Source: the human T2T-CHM13v2.0 reference genome, Homo sapiens
NCBI RefSeq assembly: GCF_009914755.1
Contig: NC_060934.1
Length of the DNA stretch: 64,000 nucleotides
Strand: one strand, 5' to 3'
A program made the translations under genes and the position numbers. The notes below the pieces were generated by a model. It was not told where the DNA came from and searched no databases. It was given only the letters and a program-made list of their open reading frames with translations. Of the stretch, positions 13,299-31,971 are shown one piece after another (position 1 is the first letter of the stretch; every line of letters begins with the position of its first letter).

Positions 13299-13649
13299 CA
13301 GACAGTCCCTGACCATCTGGTGGTTTGACTTAACGATCTTTCAGCTTTGTGATGGTGCAGAAGTGATAAGCATTTAGTTTCTACATTTCTTCAAGAACCC
13401 ATACAGCCATTCTGTTTTTCACATTCAATATTCAATAGACTACATAAGTTATTCAACACTTTATTTTAAAATAGGATTGTGTTACATGATTTTATTCAAC
13501 TGTAGGTTAATAAGAGTGTTCTGAGCATGTTTAAGGTAGTGTAGGCTAAGCTATGAGGTTAGGTGTATTAAATGCATTTCAATATAAGATATTTCAACTT
13601 ATGATGGGTTTGTAGGGACATAATCCCATTGTAAGTTGAGGAGCATCTG
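13299..13649. mobile_element. Tigger3/MER7-like non-autonomous DNA transposon
   Basis: TA|CAGA...TCTG|TA ends with TA TSD and imperfect TIRs. Confidence 0.75.
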
Positions 13650-13878
13650 TATTACTTAAGTCTTTCCTGCCATGTGAACTGGGAGAGTAGGAAATAGCTG
13701 AAACTCCAACAGGTTCCTCCACTGTTGGGGGCCTAGTACAAAGCCCCACACCCTGTCCCTTAATTCATTTATTTCTTTCTCTTCTGCTCCCACCTCTGCA
13801 GAAGGTAGCACTGTTACCATCCTGTCAGGTGGAAGACTAGTGAGAAGGTAGAGTCAGAATTGAAAGCTACGGATGTCA

Positions 13879-14240
<362 letters not shown>

Positions 14241-14430
14241 CAAAAAAAAAAAAAAAAAAAGAGTGGACCTGAATGTGGGCAGTGTGTGTGTGTTGGGTGG
14301 GAGAGAAGACTGGAACCAGCAGCCTTTTGAGTCTTTGCCTGAGAACCAATGCCCCGTCAGGAGCGTTTCCTCCTTGAGGAAGGCAGGCATGTAGAGTACT
14401 CATATGGGATCTGTCTTTCTCACTCCATAG

Positions 14431-14595
14431 AAAAAGTTCTATGGTCCACAAAGGCGGAAGATGATGTTTATGGGATTTATCCGTCTGGGAGTGTGGTACA
14501 ACTTCTTCCGAGCCTGGAACGGAGGCTTCTCTGGAAACCTGGAAGGAGAAGGCTTCATCCTTGGGGGAGTTTTCGTGGTGGGATCAGGAAAGCAG
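14431..14595 (+). CDS. PRXL2A: PRXL2A coding exon 4 (KKFYGPQRR...GGVFVVGSGKQ)
   Basis: ccatag| acceptor, CAG|gtgagt donor, 165 nt in frame. Confidence 0.95.
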
Positions 14596-14886
14596 GTGAG
14601 TTCTTGGTGTTTACTTGTGGTCTGTAGGTGTCTGTGTCTGTGAGTGTGAGACTCCAACCAGAAGCTGGAGTGGGGGTTGACTTTCCCTGTTTTGGGTCTC
14701 CTAGCCTTCCTTCTAGCAAGCCAGGGAACATGAAGAAGGGAAGGGAAGGCAGTTGTTGTTTATCACACATCATTCTCTGCTAGTACCTCATACTTGAATC
14801 TACTCACTCATCACAGTGACATCATGAGACAGTTTGATCATTTTGCAGACAAGGAACTTAGAACTGAAAAGGGATGAGCAGCTGCA

Positions 14887-15011
14887 CAAGGAGCACAGCT
14901 CATCGGTGGCTCTGCTAGGCCTGAACTCAGGTTTGCTGACTTTAAGTTCAAGGAGCACAGCTCATGGGTGGCACTGCTGGGGCCTGAACCCAGGTTTGCT
15001 GACTTTAAGTT
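14887..15011. repeat. 62/63-bp tandem duplication within a MIR-like segment
   Basis: caaggagcacagctcat...gctgactttaagtt twice. Confidence 0.9.
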
Positions 15012-15476
15012 TTGTTTTCTGTGCTTGAACAAAAGCGTAGTTTTATTCTGTTTTTGAATTTACTCTCTTGCAGTGTTCCAGGCCACCATGGATGGATGAT
15101 AGAAAAAAAAATAAGAGGAGAAAATAAGGAATAGAACCAGGCGTAATTAGGGGAAGTGGCAAGGAGGTTGCGGGGAGACGATGCTTTTTTCTGTGGGGAT
15201 CTTGGTGTCAGGGCTGGCCTAGGAAAGGTATCTGACTCCTCTGCAAACAGGCTATTATTATAGGTCCTGGCTGTGAGGCTCCACAAGCAGCATGGAGCCC
15301 TAGGGGAAGGTGTGGAAAGGAGGAATGGGGTCTCTATAGGCCCAAGAGCCAGGTAGGCAGTTGTTTGTGTCAGAGTCTAGGCAGCCTTGAGCCATGGTGG
15401 TTCCCCTGCCCTGGAGGGCAGTGTCAGCAGAGGCCAGGAGGATGTGTAGCAGGGATGGAGCAAAGTGGATGAGGGG

Positions 15477-18296
<2,820 letters not shown>

Positions 18297-19084
18297 TATT
18301 AGTATTTTTAATGTCTGTATTATGGTTTACTGAGCAAGTAAATATAATTTTCTGATCTGCTTGCCCATAATCTCTGCAGTGTGGTGGGCCTTTTTTTTTT
18401 TTTTAAGTCTTTATAAATAATGACACAGTGTATTTACAGATTTTCTTTTTAAGATGAGTTTCCAGATGTAATGAATCAAAGAACTCTAACAAGGATTCCT
18501 TGATGCTGATCTCAAACATGTTATTTTGTCTTTTTTTTACTACCTCCAACTTTAGATAACTTTGGGGTATCTTGTGTCTTAGTGCATTTTTTTTCACTGT
18601 ATGAGAAGAAAGTGGCTTCCAGTTTCTTAGAAGACTAAAGAAAAATGAGGGTCTCTCTTTTAGATGGTCATTCAGTGCCTTCCAAAGTCTAACCTCTGAG
18701 CTCCACTTCCACACCTTTGGGCCTTTCTGTGTTAGCTTCATTTTTTTCTCTTCACCTGGTATGTTCTTTTACCTGCATCTCTACTTGTAGACATCCTGGT
18801 TACCCTCCGTGCCTCTGTGAGGCCTTCCCTGATTGCCCTTGTCATGCTTTATCACTTCTGACTTCCTGCTTCTAGAGCTGCTGGTACAGGCCAGATGGAT
18901 GTGGCCTTCTCCGGTCTATCTTCCCTCAAAGACTGAACTCCTTGAGGGCAGGAGCCAGGCCATATTTGGATCTGTGTCCTTTGCTATTCAAGCAAAAGGC
19001 TTGACAGACAGCTGGTCCTCGATGCCTGTCTCATGAACGAACGATTTAGGATGAGGACTGACATTATCTCTTGTTTCCTTTTAG

Positions 19085-19198
19085 GGCATTCTTCTTGAGC
19101 ACCGAGAAAAAGAATTTGGAGACAAAGTAAACCTACTTTCTGTTCTGGAAGCTGCTAAGATGATCAAACCACAGACTTTGGCCTCAGAGAAAAAATGA
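19085..19198 (+). CDS. PRXL2A: PRXL2A last coding exon (GILLEHREKEFGDKV...LASEKK*)
   Basis: ttttag| acceptor, TGA at 19196-19198. Total CDS 690 nt = 229 aa + stop. Confidence 0.96.
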   Translation, partial: GILLEHREKEFGDKVNLLSVLEAAKMIKPQTLASEKK

Positions 19199-19403
19199 TT
19201 GTGTGAAACTGCCCAGCTCAGGGATAACCAGGGACATTCACCTGTGTTCATGGGATGTATTGTTTCCACTCGTGTCCCTAAGGAGTGAGAAACCCATTTA
19301 TACTCTACTCTCAGTATGGATTATTAATGTATTTTAATATTCTGTTTAGGCCCACTAAGGCAAAATAGCCCCAAAACAAGACTGACAAAAATCTGAAAAA
19401 CTA

Positions 19404-19755
<352 letters not shown>

Positions 19756-20072
19756 TTGATTGCTGTGCCTCATTACAAATGCATATGATGTTTGAGTGCT
19801 GTTGTTTGAAATTATTTTTCTTTTCGGGTCTTCAAAAATTCAAGAAAAGTTGATGATTGACTTGAAGATTACAAAATTTAAGGTTTTTTGGCATGTGTGT
19901 TTTCTATTAATAATTGGTTATATGATGTCAAAGTAATACTTTCATAATAGAATTGACATGCTCTGGGATAGTTTGACAAAGGTAAATTATAAAGTGAAAT
20001 CTCTTGTTTCATTATCTTCCATTCTAACCTCAGAGATCTGTTTCTCTAGAAAAAATGTCCATCTCTGGCTTT

Positions 20073-20078
20073 AATAAA
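20073..20078 (+). terminator. polyadenylation signal AATAAA
   Basis: Canonical hexamer about 0.9 kb after the stop, followed by TG/T-rich sequence. Confidence 0.7.
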
Positions 20079-21011
20079 ATTATGCATCAGAAATCACCTG
20101 TATGTATAAGATTTTCTGATAAAACTAATAATTATATTTACCATATAATTGGCTGAAAGTAAAAAAAGTCAGCATTCTCCATGGCTGAGGGGTAAAGTGC
20201 CTCGGGGGATTCCTCTGGTTCTAGCTATCTAAGTGGTTTGAAAATGACCAGGAAAAATTCATCCTGTCATTCACGTTAGTAATTTTGCTGTCTTTCCTAG
20301 AGGAATGACTTTGGTGTTTAAAATTGGTAGCTGTTTTTCTATTGGTCTTTTAGCCTAATTTGGCAAATCAGAAGAAAGGACATAGAGATGATGAAATATA
20401 ACTTTATCTTTTTTGTTTGAATTTTGTCGTGTAAGTTTGAGTGACATCATCAAGACCTACCAGGGAGCTCGGCCACAGGGAGTCTACTCAAGGCATCAAA
20501 CTGGCCCAGGAGTAGAAAGGTGGGGGTGGAAATAGGAAATAGTGTTTACCCAGGGGACTGGCCCAGCCAGGAGGAGAAAGGAATCAGTGTTTACCCAGGA
20601 AAGCAAGAATGGATACTGATGTTGGAGGTAAAGCTGGGAAAGTAGGAGAGCATCGGGATTGAGTATGCAGAGTGAGTTAGGGTTGAGTGGTTCGGGACTA
20701 AGACCCACTAAGACCATGCCTGCACCTGACTTCATGTAGCAGTGGTTGCATGGGGTATGCATGGGCCCTTAAAGGGCTGGGCTTCTGCAGCATTTGAGGC
20801 CATAGCCTTTGGTACTTGCACAGGGTTGGTACCTGTCATCCTTGGGACTCCAGCTACTGATAGGATAACTCAGTACCTAAACTTAGAACTTTAATACCTA
20901 AGACACTTGATGGTGAAACAGTTCTCTTGCAACTAAAGAAGAACCTGAGGTCAGGTGTGGTGGCTCACGCCTGTAATCCTAGCACTTTGGGAAGTCGAGG
21001 TAGAAGGATCA

Positions 21012-21369
<358 letters not shown>

Positions 21370-21589
21370 TCATTTTGGAAAGAGCACTGGATTGAGTCAT
21401 GAGGCATAATCAATTTCTAGTTTACCAGTGTGATCTTAAGCAAAGATCTAACTCATTGGCAAAATGGGCGTGATTCCTTCCCATTCAGGGCTGTTTATGA
21501 TAAGTCACTGAGGGAATGATAAATATTATGACACTGCTTCTCAGACTGTAATGTACATGCACATCACATAAGGACCTTATTAAAATGGA

Positions 21590-22456
<867 letters not shown>

Positions 22457-23659
22457 CTATGCTAGTGTTTGTTCAAGTCTCTCCGTGTCCGGGGTGAGCA
22501 AAATTGTTTGTGCTGAAAATCAATGATTTGCAGCTCTCAAGATTCCAGTGGGCAGTCTGGGTGGGCCTGAGTTTCTGCTTTTTTTTTTTCTTTATGTACA
22601 GGGTCTTGCTCTGTCACCTAGGCTAGAGTGTAATTAGTGGCCCCAGTCATGGCTCACTGCAGCTGCAAACTGGCTGCAAGCTGTTCTGGCTCAGCCTACC
22701 AAGTTACTGGGCTTACAGGTGGATGCCACCGTACCCAACAGATTTTATTTTTGTAGGGATGGGGGTCTCCCTGTATTGCCCAGGCTGGTCTCAAACTCCT
22801 GGCCTCCCAAAGTGTTTAGATTACAGGTGTAAGCCACCACACGTGGCCAGCCTCTGCATTTCTAACAGGTTCCAGGTGATCTTGATGTTCTGCTGGTCCA
22901 TGGGTCACACTTTGAGAAGCATGGTTCTAAAGGACTATACAGATTAAAGTCATTAATCTCTGTGGGCTTTGGACTTGAAGTTTCAGCAGCCTTTGACAAG
23001 CATTTGCAGGTTTCCTTTTTATTTATTTGATAAACTGAGAATCCACATGCAAAGAAATGCAAGAAAATTCAAAGAACGTAAGAAAATGTCCTTGCTGTAA
23101 AGCTGGTGGTTCTCAATCTCGGATACACAGTAGAATCACCTGGTGCGGGGGTTGGGGGCGGGGTGCAGTGTAAAAATTATTAAATCAGAATCTCTGGGGT
23201 AGGCCCCAAGCAACTTTTTTTTTTTTTTTTTTAGATAGAATCTTGCTTGTCACCTAGGCTAGAGTGCAGTAATGCAATCATGGCTCACTGCTGCCTTAAC
23301 TTCTGGGCTCAAGTGATATCCTCCCACCTCAGCCTCCCTAGTAGCTGGGACTACAGGCGTGGACTACCACACCCAACAAATTTTTAAATTTTTTGTAGAG
23401 GCAAGCTCTTATACTATCTTGCACAGGCTGGTCTCGAACTCCTGGGCTCAAGCAGTCATCCTGCCTCAGCCTTCCAAAGCTCAGGGATTACAGACATGAG
23501 CCACAGCACCAGGCCAACAATATTTCTTAAAGCTCCTGGAGTGATTCCAATATGCAGCCAAGGTTGAAAACCACCCTTTAAAAGGCTCGGCATCCAGTGT
23601 GGAAGACCAGCACACTCACGTCAGGAGACCTTACCTGGAGCCAGGATGCCCCTGATCAT

Positions 23660-24286
23660 CTCTGATAACTTTAAAAGGAAGGCCTCAGAAGCAGCCCCAG
23701 AAGCAAAAGTTTCTCTCTGACCTTCTCCTGCCCTCTTGTTTCTGGCTTTTCATTCTCCCCCAAGGCTACCCATAGAAACTAGAATCCCTCTTCCCCAAGG
23801 CAGGTCATCAGAAACCAGAACCGGTTTTACCCAAAGCCAGCCATAAAACCTAAAAATAGTCCTCTCACTCCCCATTCCCCTTTCTGTGTAAAAACTGGTT
23901 GGAAAGAAATGATCTGACCTACCGTGTTTGACTGTCGTAAGATACCCATTCCAGAGAGGGTCCCACCCCGTGCCCAGAAGGAAGGAATCCTGCACAGAGA
24001 GGCCAAGAAGAATCTAGACAGCCTTGCTGGGTTTCCCCTCTCAGTCTATTACTATTAGATCATACCCTTCTTGTCCAATCATATTTCTACACAGTCCATA
24101 ATCTGTTGAACCTAAACATAAAAATGGACAATTCCCCTGTATCTTGGGGTCTTCATTCTGAGGGCTCACATACAATTATGATCAAATAAATTTGTTTGCT
24201 TTTTCTCCTGTTAATTTGCCTCTTGTCAGTGATTTTTTCAGCAAGTCTGCAGCGGGTGAAGGGCGAGTTTTTCCTTGGCCCTAGCA
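23660..24286 (+). mobile_element. ERV1 LTR (MER31/MER34/MER39 group)
   Basis: Characteristic 3' end (aataaatttg...cttgtcagtgatttttcagc...ttggccctagca). Confidence 0.65.
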
Positions 24287-26681
24287 GTGGCAAGGGTCAC
24301 AGATGGTGTGGACAGGGGTGCATGGGGAACCCCCAGCTGGAGGAACTTCCAAGGCAGAGATTTGGATAGCGAAGCATGGCTAGGGGAAAACGGAGGAGTC
24401 TAGTCTGTTTTGTTTACCTGGTTCTATGTCCTCTCTCCCAGTATGCAGATTTCTCAAAAGCAATGCCTGTGTCTGCTTCCTCTCTTTCCCAGAGCAAAGC
24501 ATACCATTGCAGTGTAGGGGAGTGGAGGGCAGGGAAGGTGAGCTGTGGGGAAGAGGCTGTAGGGGCTGTGAGGATAGAGGGTGGATGCAGTCAGGGCAGA
24601 CTGCAGTTTCTTCCCAGCACTAGCTGCCCTCCCTCCATTCTGGGTTGCCAGTGCCCCATGGGGCAAGCAAGAAGGTGTGTATTTGTCAGTTTATGTTTGG
24701 GAGGGGAAGGGAAAGAAAGTTGATTTGTTCTCATTTAACCCTTCAAATCCTTTCTACATTTAAAGGAGGATTTGTCATTTTGTTTTGAAGACAGTAACAA
24801 TTGAGGATGATAGTGGGTTAGATCCCTGGATTAGGGAGGTGTGGGGAGGTCCTTTCAAGGACATGCTTCTTCCAGCTGTACCTGGTCACCTTTCTGTATT
24901 ATATAATGATGGTCAAGGTCAACCCACACACTAGTTATTGCAGTAGGGGATAGGAGGCAATTCTAAATTTTACTGGGAGCGATGGGAATTCGTTTAGAGG
25001 GTTTTTAGAAGAGTGACATGATCTGATTTCTATTATTCTGGCTGCTTTGAGAGAATAGATTTTAGAGGATCAAAGGTGGCAGCAGGGAGCCCATTTGGGA
25101 GGCTGGTGCAATGATCCAGGCAAGAGAGAATGGTGGTGGCAACCAGGTGGGAGCACAGAAGATAGTGAGAAGCGTCATGATGGATATATTTGAAGGCAGA
25201 GCTAAGAGGATTCTTTAACTGTTGGATGTAGGATGTGACAGAAAGAGGAGCTAAGAGGATTCTTGAACTATTTGGATATAGGATGTAAGAAAAAGAGCAG
25301 TCAGGGTTACCTTCATGATTTTTCTCCTGGACAACTAACTGCTCATGAATTTTTGATCATTTTACAGCAGAAAATGATGGGGTAGTAGAAGGTTTTACTG
25401 TGCTATAATAGTTACAATGAATGAATGAGAGGTATAAGTATCAACTTGGATGCACCGAAACAAGGAAGGAAAAAAGCTTCAGAATGTACATTCAGTAGGA
25501 TACAGTTTACATAAATGTGTAAGGCTTGCAAACAGTATTGTGTAAGCTCCATATATAGATGGTAAAAGTGTAAAGACAAATACAGAATAATTACAGTCAG
25601 GGTTGAGCCCCATCTGCGAGCCTCACACTAAACAAAACAAAACGAAAAGAAAAAACATGCCATTGCTCAGTCCAGATCCTAGTCCAGTTAAACCAGAATC
25701 TCTGGGGCTGGATCGATCCAGGCATCAGTATGTTTTAGAGCTCCCTAGGGGATTCTAGTATGTAGGCAAGGTGGAAGACCACTGCCTTACCTTGACAAAC
25801 AATTGTGAAATCTTTTAAGAAGCAGAGGAATTTTCCCCTTTCGTGCCAAGTAGTCGTCCATGTCTGTTCTGAAGTTAGTTAAGAGACACCCATGCCCTAA
25901 TTTCCATGGTGTTCAGCCAGGAAACATGAATAAAGTCTCTCAAGAGACAGCTGAGCCCAGAACATGGTCTTCCAATATCAGTTTCTGCTAAAGGGAACTC
26001 CTTGGGGAAATGGCTGATTGCAGGGTTGGGGCAGAAAATGTACAAGATGAGCCTGTAACATCTTGTTGTACCAGATACCAAGCAAGCTCTCAATCACCAC
26101 TAAGGGCTTGTATAAAGGACAGACTCAGGAGACAACTCTCACTTGCCAAAGATGGGACTCTTTGAGCATCAATAAGAATAATGGCAATGAATTAAAACAC
26201 ATCAGATGTTCAAATCAATGAGTTCATAATGATCCTTTAAAAAAAGAAAATCTCTGGATGATGCTAAGAAAGCAACTCATTTGAAACCTGGTAAAGAAAG
26301 ACAAGCATTTATCCTGCCTTTGTTACTTGAAAGTTACCGAAGACTTGATGATGGAAGTTTCTCATTGCAGAAGCACTCGTTAAGGCCCAGGTCCAGCCAT
26401 AATTAGAGTGAGAGTTGCCAAGGGGTGGCCAGTGGGAGATACCTGAGTCCCCGAAAATGCCTCTCTCAGTCTGTCCACAGGGCAGCTCCTTGCAGAGCTT
26501 TGTTCCAGCAGAAGATGCCTCTAATTGCACTCTTCATCCAACAAGATGTGCTGGTCCCACTTGCTACACTAAATGCTCTCCCAGCACAGTCTGAGTCAGT
26601 CAAAATTCTTGATCTTGGGGCCGGGCACGGTGGCTCATGCCTGTAATCCCATCACTTTGGGAGGCCGAGGCAGGTGGATCA

Positions 26682-26858
<177 letters not shown>

Positions 26859-26919
26859 CTACTGCACTCCAGCCTGGCCAACAGAGCGAGACTCTGTCTC
26901 ACAACAAAAACAAACACAC

Positions 26920-27869
<950 letters not shown>

Positions 27870-27870
<1 letters not shown>

Positions 27871-28970
27871 GGATGGTGAAATTCTGCACATTAGATGGGC
27901 TGGGGGTGCCATTGGATATCACCCCTGGAAATGAGATGCACCACTGGGCTAGCAGCCTAAAGCTATACACCAGGCTGACTAGGGAGCCTGCCAGGAGGTG
28001 TAACTGACTCTGGGTTCATGTTCTTTATGAGCTCTTTGGTACCTACCTAGGAGTCAGTGCTCATAAAAGAATGATAAGAAATCTGTCCCTGACCATGGCA
28101 GATGTTGCCTCCTTCACAGCCACTGTTTTGGCAGCCCTGCAGACATCCTTCATTTCTCTTGGGAAGATTGTTTTACATACCAATATTGCTCTAGACTTTC
28201 TTTTAGCCCAAGTGGGAGGAGTGTGTGCAATTGTTAACACCTCCTGCTGTACCTGGATAAGCACATCAGATTTCATAGAAACACAAGTAGGCTGGGCGCG
28301 GTGGCTCACACCTGTAATCCTAGCACTTTGGGAGGCCAAGGTGGACGGATCACCTTTGGTCAGGAGTTAGAGACCAACCTGGCCAACATGGTGAAACCCC
28401 ATCTCTACTAAAAATACAAAAATTAGCCAGGCATGGTGGTAGGTGCCTGTAATCCCAGTTACTCAGGAGGCTGAGGTGGGAGAATTGCTTGAACCGCGGG
28501 CGGTGGAGGTTGCAGTGAGCAGTGAGCCAAGATTGTGCCATTGCACTCCAGCCTGGGCGACAAGAGCAAAACTCCATCTCAAAAACAAAAAAAAAAAAAA
28601 AGGAAAGAAAAGACACACAAGTAGAAGAAATTCAGGAGCAGACCCTCACAAGCAGAAAAAATTCAGGAGCAGGCCCACTGGCTGCAGACAGTGGGGCCAC
28701 CTGAAGGATCCTTCTTAGACTTCCATAGCGACTTCTTAACTGGATCGCTGTGTCCAAGGCTAGGTCATGCTCCAGGCAGCCCTGGTTATTCTGCAGTTGT
28801 AGGGGTCCTCCTGGGCCTCGTGAAATGGATTCTGGCTATGGCTTAATGATGTCTCACTGGGATTGTGTCAGTTAAAGTGTTCTCGAACTAATGAGACAGA
28901 CCAAACCCCTGCCTCCAAATCCAGGGAGGTTGGTGGGATATGAAATTGACCAGCTTCGCTAAGGGGGATA
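27870..28970 (+). pseudogene. decayed ERV env (SU end + TM ectodomain), split by an Alu
   Basis: RLTR cleavage-like site 27972-27983, ISD-like IALDFLLAQVGGVC, CX6CC motif (CAIVNTSCC), frameshifts, polypurine tract aagggggata near 28961. Confidence 0.85.
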
Positions 28971-29161
28971 TCTGGGTTTCGGATGGACTACAGAGCAGTT
29001 CTCCAGATGGCCTTGGACTGACCCAGTTCTCCCAGCTTTCTCACTGTAGTTCTCAAGAATAACTGTAGAATGTGCTGGGAATGCAATAGCCTGAGGTCAG
29101 GAGGAACTGGCCAGAACAGCCTGGGCTTGTTCCTGTCCCTGCTATGAAAGAATGCCCTTCA
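28971..29161 (+). mobile_element. truncated 3' LTR of the env-bearing ERV
   Basis: Directly follows the polypurine tract, LTR-like sequence, cut by an Alu at 29162. Confidence 0.6.
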
Positions 29162-31893
29162 GGCCCGGAGAGGCGGCTCACGCCTATAATCCCAGCACTT
29201 TGGGAGGCCAAGGGGCAGATCACCCGAGGTCAAGAGTTCAAGACCAGTTGGCCAACATGGTGAAACCCTATCTCTACTAAAAATACAAAAATTAGCCAAG
29301 CGTGGTGGCGCACACCTGTAATCCCAGCTACTTGGGAGGCTGAGGCAGGAGAATCACTTTAACCCGGGAGGCGGAGGCTGCAGTGAACTAAGATTGTGCC
29401 ACTGTGCTCCAGCCTGGGTGACAGAGCAAGACTCCTCAAAAAACAAAAGAAAACAAAACAAAAGATGATGACGAAGAAGAAAGAATGGATTTGGGGAAAA
29501 AAACAAAAACCAGCAGTGTCTGCCATAATATATTTATGAGAAAATACATGAAAACTTGTAACAGTATTTGCTCTAGGAACAGGATACTGGTGATTGGGGA
29601 CATAAAGGAGAATGTCCCTTTTAATACCCTTTTGAACTTTTATAATCTGTTCCATATGAGTATATTAACTAATCACACACTTTTAACAGAGTAATAAAAA
29701 TGCACCATACTGCGTGCTTGGTAAACCTCTCTAGCTAGTTCACTGACAAGAAGTTTTGTGCCCTCACCCTTAGCCCCTCAGAGAGGGCTATTTGTGTTGT
29801 GAAACTCAGGCCACATAGAACTGTAAGAAATCCATTTGATTCAAGGAGCATAGGAAATCTCATGGGCCTGTATGGGCAGGAGCCTGGAAAGGGACACAAA
29901 TCCAGCTAAGTGTCCTGGGGGGTGCCAATCTTCCTGAGCCAGTGGACCCAGCTGTTATTGGCCCTCCCTTGTGCCCTTCATGACTGTGCTAGGCTTCCTC
30001 AGGGGGAGAGAAGGCCAGTTCTGCTGCTAAGCTCTCACCCCAGCACTGCTTATACACAGAGGCAGGAGGAGGCCAGATGCCTCTGGCCAGGAGGGGCTAG
30101 GGTGTGGAGCCTGGGGGCCAAAGCACAGCCAGCTCCTGGGAAAGCGGGTGCTGCTTGAAGCAGGAAGTCTTTAAAGTCTCTGCCATGCAGAGCTCTGGGC
30201 TGCCCTTATCGGACTCTCATCTTTCCCCAGCCTTCATGACTCAAGAGAGCCAAATTTATGAACCTCGTCATTCTTCAGTTGATGATAATTTTTAGAAAGT
30301 AGATTTTCCTTGAGCATTTAAACATTAAATGTAATCAGTTACACTCTTCCCAACTGTAATGACTCAGTCTCATAAATGTTTAAAACGCCTTTAAAAATTG
30401 ACAAATAATAATATAATCATTACAAAACTGGATCTGTATATGCATACTAAAACCAGTTACAAATGCTAATATGTGGTTCTAAATTTGCTTCTTTATTATT
30501 TGCAGTTAGCAGCCTTAGCAGCAGGTGGCAAGACATTATGTGCCCAGATGTTGCTGTCCCATCCTGGGGACCTCAGAGTTGGCCATGCCACACCTTCCAT
30601 TGGAGGCACCCAGACTCTCCACGGTCTGCACCACAAACCCCGGTCCTGGGCACATCGACTGGACCGGGGTGGACCCTGGACCCTAACTCAGGCCTCTGTG
30701 AACTAGCCAGGGACCTGTAAAACCTGTACAAAGTTTTTCCCCAGAAGGGGCGCAGATGGTGACAGCTGACCGGCAGAAGGCAGGGAGGAGCCCTGAGGGG
30801 AAGCTGGCCAGAAGTTGCTGGCACTGTGGAGATAAATGAGATACCAATGTCTCAGTGAGAATAGAGAGTGGGTGACGTGGAGGCAGTACTAGATCCTGAC
30901 CTCTGCTGGCCAGTTCTCCTAAGGGCCTGGCTGCAAGGTTGTGCTGGGTGGCTTTCTACTTCCTGTGCTCAGACAGGCAAAGGAAAATAACTCAAAAGCT
31001 GTTCTAAGCCAAAGTGATGGCATGTGCCAAGTGCACAGGAAATAGAAGCTGGTCCAGAAATGTGTATGCAAGAAGTGAGGGGAGCAGGACTGAGTGGAGG
31101 GCGACATGGAGCTGTGAGGCCTCAACTGATCCCACAGGAGCTCTGAGTTGAGATCACCCAGCAGATGCCCCGAAATGAGACAAGGGGCTTTGTAACTCCC
31201 ACCCATCACTCGTTTAGTGGACATAGGCTGCACCCTGCACCAGGGATGGGGGTGGGGCAGAGCCCTGGTGGGGGGCAGCTTCCTTCTGCCAGGGGCAATT
31301 CCAAGTGAGTGATCTAATCTAACACAGTGGGTCCTGAAGTGTGGTCTAGGTGGTCACAAACCAGAGGTGACAGGCTAGGTCACTGTGTGTGAGGCAGGCC
31401 TGTGGTCAGAATATGGTTGGAGCAGCCCACTCAGAGGCCAGGCCTGGTTAATCCCTGTAGAACAATGGAAGGAGCTGTGTTCATGAAATGAACCTCTAAG
31501 GGTTTGCAGGAGGAGGACTGATGGGATCAGATTTTCTTTCTAGTGTGAGGGAGGGGGAACCGGAGCTCAGGAGAGGGATCTGGCCACAAAGATGGGTGGG
31601 GGCGGTGCACAGAGGATTCTAAAGACACAGAGTGGCACAGAGGGCAGAGAGCCTGTGGAGATGAGAGGGGGAAGAAAATAGTGTTAGATGTTCCCAGCAT
31701 CTGGGAAAAGTAGCATTTGTAGGAAATGGGGAGCAGGATCTGCAAAGAGACTGAGGAGGAGCTGCGTGCAGGACACGTGGTCCCGAGTGGGTAGAGGAAG
31801 AGAGCCAAGGGCTCCAGGAAAGAGAGAATCAGCAGTGCCAGACAAGGACTGAAAAGCCCTCCCTTCCTCCCCCAACACACAGAAAGACAGACT

Positions 31894-31920
31894 GACACAC
31901 ACGCACACACACACACACAC
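31894..31920. repeat. (CA)n microsatellite
   Basis: Interrupted CA run. Confidence 0.85.
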
Positions 31921-31953
31921 CCGTGGTTTAATAAACTTGGAGTTTCCTCAGAC

Positions 31954-31971
31954 TGCCTCTAGGTGGCAGTG
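31954..31971 (+). promoter_or_regulatory. candidate CTCF site
   Basis: tgcctctaggtggcagtg closely matches the CTCF core CCASYAGRKGGCRS. Confidence 0.5.

Noticed and set aside
20500-20600. Imperfect repeat with two AGTGTTTACCCAGG motifs after the polyA site
   Set aside because: Short and degenerate. No evidence of function beyond a small old duplication.
26370-26620. Possible minus-strand env SU or pseudogene remnant (GTKLCKELPCG)
   Set aside because: Resemblance too weak to support without a profile search.
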